This document shows, in pieces, positions 33,601 to 42,329 of a DNA stretch of 42,329 nucleotides. The DNA is from Saprolegnia diclina VS20 (Eukaryota), in the NCBI RefSeq assembly GCF_000281045.1, contig NW_008246068.1:691067-733395 (forward strand), written 5' to 3'. A program made the position numbers and the translations under genes. Every line of letters starts with the position of its first letter. The stretch's first letter is position 1. Under the pieces are notes generated by a model that did no database searches, was not told the DNA's origin, and saw nothing but the letters and a program-made list of their open reading frames with translations.

Positions 33601-35045
33601 GCTAGTGTCAACACCGTCGGGTTGAGTGGAGAATAGGGGTCGACGCTGTTGCACATGGCGATCCAGCGACGCAGCGTCCGCATCGTCGAAGTCCTCGTTG
33701 CGCACGGCGCCGATCTCGAGGCGCTCGACAAGGTGCTTGACTCAACTCAAAACATATTCTCAAAACGTATCAAGGACGGCCGGTCGCCGCTTGTCTTGGC
33801 GGCGCACCTCGGGTCGGCCGAGATCCTCCACCAGCTCGCGCCTGCTGTGAGCAACATTGATGCAGTGTTTCAGGTAGCTCGACGCGCGATGGTGACGTCG
33901 TCGAATTCATCTTGCGTAGGACGGCTACACGGCGTTGAGTGTCGCAGTCGAGCAAGGGCACCTGGGCGCCGTCGAGGCCCTTGTCCAGCACGGTGCGAGC
34001 CTCGCTGTGACAACCGAGGTACGACGCGATCGCATCCACAAGACACTATGTATGACCAACGCTACCAGATTGGGTTGACGCTGTTGCATTTGGCGAGCTT
34101 CTCGGGCTGGCGAGATGTCGCCGCGTACCTCTTGGAGCGCGGCGCAAATGCGTTGGCGACAGACAAGGTGCGTCAAGGTGCAGCGCTTCGAAAATGTACA
34201 ATCTGTCCATAGATTGGCGGACGGAGCATCACGTATGCAGTTACGAATGGCCACGCCGACGTTGTTGCTCTCTTGCTGCCCCACGCGCATGTCAATGCTG
34301 TGGTATCGACGACCCTACCCCTCGTTCGCATCACTGACAGCAGGCGTAGGAAGCATCGACCCGTCCCGTGGTCGTCGTGGCCCACGACACGCCCAGCTTG
34401 TGCATCGATTTGCAGGTACTACGTGGACATAATTGTCATTCTCTCTCATGATAGTGTCTGTTGTAGACGGGGTTTAGTCTCTTGCACTTGGCCGTGTCCC
34501 ACGAGCACATGACGACCATGGCCGTCTTGTGCGGCGCCGAGACGCTCAATGTCAACCAAAGAGACCCGGTACGAAGAAGTGATATCTTCATATTTGAACG
34601 TACTGAAGAGTATGCTCGATGGACTAGGTGTTTGGCCTCACCGCACTGCACATTGCGTGCGCGTGTGGGCACGTCGAGGCCCTCGAGCTGCTCCTCGGAC
34701 ACCCCCATGCGTCTGTCAACGCCCTCGATTTGGTAGAATTGTTTCTTATAGCATATATGTCGCGGAAGATGCGACGAGGGTCGTAGGCCGGCCGCACCCC
34801 ATTGATCGTCGCGTGTCAGTATGGTCATGCCGCCATTGTTGCGTCCTTGCTCTCGACGAGCCGCCCCCACCGGACTGCCGAGACGCTTGTGTGTCGCCCA
34901 TGCTGGGTTAGCGAAATACTGAACGCGTCTCTAGGACGGCAAGTCGGCGTTTGCGATGGCGGTGGCGTACGGCCACAAGGAGATCGCAGCACGCTTGATC
35001 CTCGAACACGACGTGGCCGTTCAGATAGCGCACGACGCACTATGA
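30676..35045 (+). CDS. Ankyrin-repeat protein, ~28 exons, ~29 repeats (first exon uncertain)
   Basis: Successive ~99-nt exons, each one ANK repeat (e.g. GVTPLLAATTRGHRSIVRLLLQHGA, NGYSAVAVAAYYGHLDVVRLLVAHGA, EGKTALYQASCFGHVEICRALL, FGLTALHIACACGHVEALELLL), separated by short introns. Stop TGA at 35043-35045. Confidence 0.88.
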
Positions 35046-35177
35046 CTAAAGTACATGTCGCATAACTAACTCGTATCTTCTCGTCCCCTGTCCAAAGTCG
35101 TGGCGAAGGGGTCGCGAGCAACAAGTCGAGAACGCACAGCTAAAATTCTGTCATTTCTGTGAGGACCAAGTGTTTTC

Positions 35178-36648
35178 TTAGGCAATGACGAGGGTTTCGT
35201 CATCGTCGTAGCCAAAACTCGCCTTGTACGAGGAAAAGATCGTCTGGAGACTCGCGACGTATTTGGCCTGGACTGCAGCAACCTCGTCGTCGGTCGGGTT
35301 ATCGCTCTGCTGGACCTAGTCGCCATCAACAAAGAAACAATCAAATAAATCATCAAAGAATTCAACAAAAATACCGGGATTGGTTTGCCGTAGACAACAC
35401 CAAACTTGCGCTTGCCCGTAAACTGGTACGGCATCCACGTGCAGAAGCGGCCCCAGAAGAGCAGCATCGGGACCTTGAGGTACGTCAAGAACGCTTCGGT
35501 GACCGACTTTGGCGGGTTCCACATGCTATTCATCCTCCATTGTTGTACAAGTTGTCATAGAAAGAGGTATTGACATACTTGTACATCCACTTTTCGCCAA
35601 AGACGAAAATCGGCACGAGCTCGACGCCGTTCTTGATGGCGAGCTTGATGAACCCGAGGCGATGGTTCAACACGAGCACCGTCTACACCCATTCAGTTAC
35701 AGAGTCCGTCGCTCCAGTCAGGTACCTCTTTTGAGTTGGGGTTGGTCTGGAAGATTTCCTTCGAGCCGCCCGGGTACACAATGATGCTGAGCTTGTTGTC
35801 GAGGACTTTTTGGGCCGTGGCCCGCGACGCGTCGACCGCGTCGAGCCTAGTCAGGTGCTTCGTTCGACTCCATCGTTTTATTGACAGTGTTGCGTACCAG
35901 AGGCAGATCTCGCGGCCCAACGGGACATAAAACATGGGCGTCGCGGCGAGGACTAGTGGACGCCGTCGATGAGCTGCCAATCACAAGCAAGCTTGTCGCG
36001 CACCGCGGGCGTGGATGCCGGGAAAGAGCGCGTCAAAGTTGCCAGCGTAGTACGAGAGCCGCGAGAGTATAAGGATGCCGTGCGGGTGGTAGGCAAAGAT
36101 GTACTAATCACATCATCAATACACCGAATCCCGCAATCGGAATCGAGTCACACACCTGCTTGGTGGCATCCAGCGCTTCTTCGCGGACAATTTCCAAGCT
36201 ACAAAAGACCATCGGGATGTCGGCATTTTGAATCTATCAAACGTACCCGAGGTATTCGCACATGAGGTTCCACATGCCGTGGTTGCGCAAGCTCGTCCAC
36301 TGCTTCCCACCCGTCGCGGGCGTGACCTTGCGGTGCGCGCCGTTCAAGTACGTCGGGAGGTAGAGTGCGATGAGCGCCACGGCCACGTAGCCATAGCCCA
36401 TCTAGATGTGCATAAGATCTGAGAGAATTCTCAAACGAGCATTGCTGTACGTAGTAGAGATAGAGAAGGACGGCGGTCGCCGCCCACATCCACTGCAAAT
36501 AGTGAATCGAGACAAAGACAATCACATACTGGAGCGCCACGCTACATATACGATCTTAGTTGTCCTCAAAGTTGCGAGTCGAAAGAGCGCACCGAACAAA
36601 CTCGGGCAACTGCGTGAGCACGCGCTGCGGCGTGTACCGAAGGGCCAT
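35178..36648 (-). CDS. DGAT2: Diacylglycerol acyltransferase type 2 (DGAT2/MOGAT family), copy B, 10 exons
   Basis: YIFAYHPHGIL, VYPGGSKE, RLGFIKLAIKNGVELVPIFVFGE and YGKPI motifs; same nine intron positions as copy A. Confidence 0.92.
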
Positions 36649-36719
36649 CGTCGGAAGGAATCGAAAATGAACCGCTCATCAAGTTCACCGTGGATCGCGC
36701 GTGACGTCACAAGGCGTCT

Positions 36720-36800
36720 GGCCAATCATGTGAGACGATGACGCGCCAGGTCGTCCAGGCTTGCGGGCCACTGGCGCCAGCAGGCGAATGCAGCCAATCA
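36720..36800 (-). promoter_or_regulatory. Two CCAAT boxes upstream of DGAT2 copy B
   Basis: ggccaatca at 36720 and agccaatca at 36792 (TGATTGG on the coding strand), about 70-150 nt upstream of ATG 36648. Confidence 0.5.
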
Positions 36801-37237
36801 AAACGCTGTTTCGTCAACGCCCGTGCCATACGTCAACGGGTGTACACCTCTGAGACTTGATATTACCCCGCGCCGTGCGACAACCGACAGCAAAGTGCCC
36901 TTTAAAAACCTGCGATTTCGCATATTCAAGCACACTTTATACTCCACGTGGTAGCATCAGCCAAAAATGCATCAGTTAATATACTGTAGAATCGCATTTC
37001 GTATCCTTTGAAAACCTTCGAAAGCGTATACATTGGCTGGCACCGTGAGAGTGCTCGTGCTCGCAACTCGTTGTTGGAGGCTACGCTCACTATCGTGGCA
37101 GCTGCGAGGCTGCGGCGGTGTCAAGTCGTCGCGGCTCAGAAGTAGAGCGCTCTTTTATACCGTGCTGACGCATTCTCGACTGAATGCTAACGCTAGAAAA
37201 TGTGTGTCATGAAAGGGTAGAGTTGATTTTTGAGGCA

Positions 37238-38359
37238 TTATCCTAATGTTGACGGCCGCGCGGTCATCGCTTCGTACATGAGCTCGTCGTCTTCATCCAT
37301 CTCATCACGCTTGCACTGGGCAACCACAAGTGCCCAAAAGACAGGAAATGCCAGCACGGAGAGAGCCAACGCAGAGTACGCAAGTGCCTCCAGGAGCTGC
37401 TTGAGCAAGCCACTGAACTGCGCTTCGTAGCAAAGTAGCAAACGACTTGTTTGGTACATTTGGCTCAAATACTGTCGACGGCAAGTCTTGGCTTGCGGAT
37501 ACGTCAGCAGAAACGGGTACAGCTTGGGGCTAGCGCCCATGATGCACACGGCCGCCGTTGCGTCGACTTTGGTCAGCGGACAATGCTCGTGGATCCAGTC
37601 GCCAAAAGACGACGTGTCGTCCGGCGTTGCCACCGCGTGACGGCAGCCATCGCACGCAACATTGATCGAACGCTCGGCCGCCAGTACACTAGAATTGACT
37701 TTGTCGCAAAATTGCAAGAGGGTCGTCGCGTCGTCGATCGGGACGCCAAAGAAGGTCGATGATGTGTTGAGCAGCGCCTGGATACGACTTGTGTCCGTCT
37801 TGTTGTCAAAGATGCGCGGTTGGACGAGCGTCTGCCGCAGAGGAAAGGCCGCGCAGTACGATTTACCCTCACGCGCACAGTAGGTCTCTTCCAGCGCATA
37901 CTGAGCGCTGTACTCGATGCCACGATTGGAGCAGTCCGAGTACGTTTCGACGAGGTACCCATTCGAGCTGTAGGAACGCTGGGAATACCATTCCATTTGG
38001 TTTGCCTCCATCTTGGCCACGTCTTTGGCGGTGTACTCTACGCGAGAGGCATCTGGCCAGTAGGTAGAGCTCGTCGCCAAGAGAGCAGGAAGACCCATGA
38101 GCGCGCAGAGACCGACGGCACCAAACAGCACGAGCAACAGCGGGGTCGTGGACGCCAATTTGGCGGCGCGGCGCGCGTGCACGAGGCCGGAGACGACGAG
38201 ACAGAGACCGACGCAGCCGCCGGCGATCGCAGCGTCAGCCAGCGGGACGAGCGGCCGGAGGAAGCTCGAGAGAAGGACGCTCGGCACCGCGACAAAGTAC
38301 AGAAGAGCAAGGACACTCCACGCAAGGTACGCGCGGATCGGCCACGTGACGAGGTACAT
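37238..38359 (-). CDS. Four-TM membrane protein with large Cys-rich loop (tetraspanin-like topology), intronless
   Basis: Three N-terminal hydrophobic segments, a long Cys-rich loop (YCARE..YC, FC, CDGC, HCP, VC, TC), then a final TM (LAYSALALSVLAFPVFWALVVA). Confidence 0.7.
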   Translation of the reverse strand: MYLVTWPIRAYLAWSVLALLYFVAVPSVLLSSFLRPLVPLADAAIAGGCVGLCLVVSGLVHARRAAKLASTTPLLLVLFGAVGLCALMGLPALLATSSTYWPDASRVEYTAKDVAKMEANQMEWYSQRSYSSNGYLVETYSDCSNRGIEYSAQYALEETYCAREGKSYCAAFPLRQTLVQPRIFDNKTDTSRIQALLNTSSTFFGVPIDDATTLLQFCDKVNSSVLAAERSINVACDGCRHAVATPDDTSSFGDWIHEHCPLTKVDATAAVCIMGASPKLYPFLLTYPQAKTCRRQYLSQMYQTSRLLLCYEAQFSGLLKQLLEALAYSALALSVLAFPVFWALVVAQCKRDEMDEDDELMYEAMTARPSTLG

Positions 38360-39505
38360 GGTGTCGAGGCGAGGTGAATGGCAAACTGCAAAGAAAGCGA
38401 ATGCAAGCGGGTAGAGTGGTACGACACGTTGAGTCCAACGCGACTGGCCACGTGTGACATGGGCCCAGAAACGCTGTAGACGTGAACAGCTGGCTCGGAC
38501 AGGCAGACCCTTTTGCAGCAAGGGTCGTTTGTGTAGTAGAGTTGGCCCATGCCGGCGCTACAAGCCAGGGCTAATAAGATCTTATTCGGGCATGGGACCG
38601 CCGTGCGAGACCGTCCTTGAACCAAAGAGAAACGAAAGCGGGCGCGAAGCTGGCGTGCTCATACCGCGAACCACAAAGACGTATCCGTCAGTGGGCTAAT
38701 AGAGTGGCAGGCTTCCAGTGTTTGACACTTCGATTAATGTCAAACACACCGAAAGGACAGGCCATGGTCAGGTCCACCACTAGCGCTACCGGTATGCAAT
38801 CGACATACTTATCTGTGGCCATCGAGGTTCGGGTGACCATTGTCGTATGCACATACATACTATTTATGGCAAATGACGTCTCGTCACATTGATACCGCGC
38901 TGGGATAAATCATTACCTTGACTCGTTTTGTGCGCAAATGGCCGACGCCACATTTCCGCAACGAGGTCGACCGCATCATTCGGCTCTAAAACGTCTTCTA
39001 CGCGATGTTGCCGATCGACCTTGGCCAATGTTGTGAGGCATGGGGGACCTGCTTCCCAGTGGGCTTCAAAATTTTGTGTATATCGTACAAACACGCAATA
39101 CCATATTGGGCAATATCGCAATTGAATCTCTAGCCTTGCGACTTGTGTTACTCTAGCCCAACCTCGAGCCAGTAGGCCTCTCCATAGGCCGGCTCGAGCC
39201 GTGGAGCCGACGGTTCGGTCGATCTTGCTGTGGCTCCGCTCCATTTTTCGAGCCGAACCATGGAGAGACCTACTGCTTGTATCCCTCTCCACAGTTCGCG
39301 TCTACTGAGTAGCAAGCAAAAGGCTCGATAAGCCAAACAAACCCAATGGACCAAGTCAAGCCAAGACCCAGTGGAGTGCATTGGCGGGGGAATTACGGAT
39401 AAATAAGTGTTAACCGGAATTGAGACATTTGTTGGATCGGCAAGTGGATTGCGAGGCCATTTTGGGCACGAAGGCCGCCGAGTTCCGCAGATCGCATCGT
39501 GCAAC

Positions 39506-40642
39506 ATGGCAGCAACCACGAAGCTCATGCAGCGCCTCGGGCTCCAGCTGCCCGTGATCCAAGCGCCCATGTACAACGTCTCGACGCCGGCCCTCGTGGC
39601 GGCGGTCCATCGCCACGGCGCTTTAGGTTCGTACGGCGCCGGCTACAAGGCGCCCGACGCGCTCCGCGCCGCCTTGGCCGACATCACGGCGCTCGTGCCC
39701 GACAAGAACTTCAACGTCAACGTCTTTGTCGACGCGGCGCCATCGACGCCCGAGTCCAAGACCGGCTGGGACGCATACGAGTCGCTCCTGCAACCAGTGC
39801 GCGCCGAGCTCGGCCTCGACACGACGCCGCGCCCGTTCCCGCAGGCAGCGATCCCGAGCGTGCTCGAGGACCAGATGCAGGTCATTCTCGACGTGCAGCC
39901 GCGCGTCGTCAGCTTTTGTTTTGGCGTCCTCGATCCGGCGCTCGTCCGCGCCTGCCAGAAGTTTGCAATCGTGCTTGGCACCGCCACGACGGTCGAGGAG
40001 GCCATCGCGCTCGAAGCTGCGGGTGTCGACGCCATCATCGCCCAAGGTACTCAAAGTCACGACGCGATCGGTTCTCAAAAGACGTTGTAGGCAGCGAGGC
40101 GGGTGGCCACCGCAGCTCGTTCCTGGGCGACAGCACTGGCTCGATGCTTGGGAGCATGGCGCTCATTCCTCAGATCTGCGACGCGGTCAAGGTGCCTGTC
40201 ATTGCTGCCGGTACAACGCCATCCCATCGAGCACACATCGGTATCACAGAATCTCATAGGCGGCATCTCGGACCGCCGGCACATGCTGGCAGCGTTTGCC
40301 CTGGGCGCCGACATGGTCCAAGTGGGCACTGCGTTTCTCACGACGCCCGAGAGTGGACTGCCGCCCCAACGCAAGGAAGCGATCACCGCCGCGACGAGCT
40401 CGACAGCGAGTGTCGTCACGCGGGGTCTGACGGGGCGACCCGCACGCATGCTGCGCAACGAGCTCGTGGATCGTCTCGTGCCCCACGAGGTGGACGCGGC
40501 GTCGAGTGCGCTTCAACGTCAGCGCATGGCCGACATCTTTGGCACGCACGACCCGCGCTACTCGGCGCTCCTCGCGGGCCAAGGCCACGCCTACTGCCGC
40601 CTAAACGATACCGTCGCGACAGTGTTGGCTCGGTTTGCGTGA
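39506..40642 (+). CDS. Nitronate monooxygenase (2-nitropropane dioxygenase family), 3 exons
   Basis: PVIQAPM, VVSFCFG, GTATTVEEAIALEAAGVDAIIAQG|SEAGGHR, PVIAAG|GISD, ALGADMVQVGTAFL and TRGLTGRPAR motifs. Confidence 0.92.
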
Positions 40643-40681
40643 GCTCAGCACGCATATAAGATCTTGTTGACGGCGAAAATG

Positions 40682-42329
40682 CTAGCTGTGGACGATCGCG
40701 TTGATCTCTTGCTGCACCTGCATGACTGCGAGGAGGTCGCCCACCATGAGAATCTTGGTCNNNNNNNNNNNNNNNNNNNNNNNNNNNNNNNNNNNNNNNN
40801 NNNNNNNNNNNNNNNNNNNNNNNNNNNNNNNNNNNNNNNNNNNNNNNNNNNNNNNNNNNNNNNNNNNNNNNNNNNNNNNNNNNNNNNNNNNNNNNNNNNN
40901 NNNNNNNNNNNNNNNNNNNNNNNNNNNNNNNNNNNNNNNNNNNNNNNNNNNNNNNNNNNNNNNNNNNNNNNNNNNNNNNNNNNNNNNNNNNNNNNNNNNN
41001 NNNNNNNNNNNNNNNNNNNNNNNNNNNNNNNNNNNNNNNNNNNNNNNNNNNNNNNNNNNNNNNNNNNNNNNNNNNNNNNNNNNNNNNNNNNNNNNNNNNN
41101 NNNNNNNNNNNNNNNNNNNNNNNNNNNNNNNNNNNNNNNNNNNNNNNNNNNNNNNNNNNNNNNNNNNNNNNNNNNNNNNNNNNNNNNNNNNNNNNNNNNN
41201 NNNNNNNNNNNNNNNNNNNNNNNNNNNNNNNNNNNNNNNNNNNNNNNNNNNNNNNNNNNNNNNNNNNNNNNNNNNNNNNNNNNNNNNNNNNNNNNNNNNN
41301 NNNNNNNNNNNNNNNNNNNNNNNNNNNNNNNNNNNNNNNNNNNNNNNNNNNNNNNNNNNNNNNNNNNNNNNNNNNNNNNNNNNNNNNNNNNNNNNNNNNN
41401 NNNNNNNNNNNNNNNNNNNNNNNNNNNNNNNNNNNNNNNNNNNNNNNNNNNNNNNNNNNNNNNNNNNNNNNNNNNNNNNNNNNNNNNNNNNNNNNNNNNN
41501 NNNNNNNNNNNNNNNNNNNNNNNNNNNNNNNNNNNNNNNNNNNNNNNNNNNNNNNNNNNNNNNNNNNNNNNNNNNNNNNNNNNNNNNNNNNNNNNNNNNN
41601 NNNNNNNNNNNNNNNNNNNNNNNNNNNNNNNNNNNNNNNNNNNNNNNNNNNNNNNNNNNNNNNNNNNNNNNNNNNNNNNNNNNNNNNNNNNNNNNNNNNN
41701 NNNNNNNNNNNGCAACACTGGCTAACGTACTCGTACTAGCACTCGTCTGAAGGAGTCGATCCAGGTCTTGGCTCCATGCGTCAGATGCAGGCACAGTATC
41801 ATGAAGCCTCCACCCGCTCGCACTCGACGTCCACGCCGATGGCTTGGGCTTGCCGCGCGGAGGTAGCTCCTCGACGCCTGCCACTCCCTTGGTGAGGCGG
41901 GGTGGTTTGGTGTTGTTGGCTGGCGGCGTCGGTGTTGTTGACGTCAACGGTGTTGTTGCTGTCGGCGGCGGCGGTAGGCAAGGGTCCTGTGGGCGGGCTC
42001 CAGCAACACTGGCGTCACCAGTAGTACCGGTTTGAAGGAGTCGATCCAGGTCTTGGCTCCATGCGTCGGATGCGGGCACAGCATCATGGAGCTTCCACCC
42101 GCTCGCACTCGCATCCCACGCCGACGGCATGGGTGCGGGCACTGGTTGGTACGGGAAGGGCGTAGCCGGCGGTGGCACGACCGGCGCTTCTTGCATGGCC
42201 AGCTCACTGCTGCTGCTCGGTGGCGGTGAGGTCACAACACGCGGCGGCGTCGGCAGAATAGCCTTGGTCGTCCAGCGCTCTTCGCTCGGATGGCGGGCAC
42301 TCGTGTACTCTTGCTTCTTGTCGTAGGAC
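40682..42329 (-). CDS. Partial gene (5' end outside window, gap inside): Pro/Thr-rich protein with internal repeats, possible C-terminal KH-like end
   Basis: The frame is open from the window end (SYDKKQEYTSARHPSEERW...) to the gap. After the gap, TKILMVGDLLAVMQVQQEINAIVHS* ends at 40682. Joining across the gap is inferred. Confidence 0.6.
   Translation of the reverse strand, partial: SYDKKQEYTSARHPSEERWTTKAILPTPPRVVTSPPPSSSSELAMQEAPVVPPPATPFPYQPVPAPMPSAWDASASGWKLHDAVPASDAWSQDLDRLLQTGTTGDASVAGARPQDPCLPPPPTATTPLTSTTPTPPANNTKPPRLTKGVAGVEELPPRGKPKPSAWTSSASGWRLHDTVPASDAWSQDLDRLLQTSASTSTLASVXXXXXXXXXXXXXXXXXXXXXXXXXXXXXXXXXXXXXXXXXXXXXXXXXXXXXXXXXXXXXXXXXXXXXXXXXXXXXXXXXXXXXXXXXXXXXXXXXXXXXXXXXXXXXXXXXXXXXXXXXXXXXXXXXXXXXXXXXXXXXXXXXXXXXXXXXXXXXXXXXXXXXXXXXXXXXXXXXXXXXXXXXXXXXXXXXXXXXXXXXXXXXXXXXXXXXXXXXXXXXXXXXXXXXXXXXXXXXXXXXXXXXXXXXXXXXXXXXXXXXXXXXXXXXXXXXXXXXXXXXXXXXXXXXXXXXXXXXXXXXXXXXXXXXXXXXXXXXXTKILMVGDLLAVMQVQQEINAIVHS
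40761..41711. other. Assembly gap (N run)
   Basis: About 950 Ns. Confidence 0.99.
41748..42128 (-). repeat. Two ~96-bp coding direct repeats (41748-41843, 42033-42128), 285 bp apart
   Basis: They encode PSAWDASASGWKLHDAVPASDAWSQDLDRLLQT and PSAWTSSASGWRLHDTVPASDAWSQDLDRLLQT. Confidence 0.9.

Noticed and set aside
30862..35045. ~145-bp periodicity as a CRISPR-like or tandem DNA array
   Set aside because: The units share no conserved nucleotide repeat. The periodicity is explained by ankyrin exon + intron modules.
38400..39500. Short ORFs in the divergent intergenic region between the tetraspanin-like and NMO genes
   Set aside because: No codon bias, motifs or consistent splice structure.
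40645..41750. ORFs of ~350 aa in the track made mostly of X
   Set aside because: They only read through the N gap.

Overview
This is gene-dense, GC-rich eukaryotic DNA with many short (~40-60 nt) GT-AG introns. Intron size, Inr/CCAAT promoter motifs and the gene families present point to an oomycete, probably Saprolegniales. I reconstructed 18 protein-coding genes by eye: GRASP55/65, a Sel1-repeat protein with a mitochondrial-type presequence, a DAACS/SLC1 transporter, a 74-aa 2-TM ER-type protein, a WW/IQ protein, a ~1,750-aa internally duplicated membrane protein, a START-like/FYVE/GAF protein, WDR5, RNA Pol III C34, PWP2, a membrane-anchored EEP hydrolase, a secreted Ig-like+laminin-B protein, two DGAT2 paralogues flanking a ~28-exon ankyrin gene, a tetraspanin-topology protein, a nitronate monooxygenase, and a partial repeat-containing gene spanning a gap. 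I found no rRNA, tRNA, CRISPR array or intact transposon. The most notable items are: the ankyrin gene built from one-repeat-per-exon, phase-0 modules between DGAT2 duplicates; a possible stand-alone dynein microtubule-binding-like domain fused to WW/IQ; a transporter with NMDG->NKDG and Arg->Thr substitutions; a laminin-B/Ig-like secreted protein; and very tight convergent gene pairs. All family assignments come from motif recognition, not database searches.
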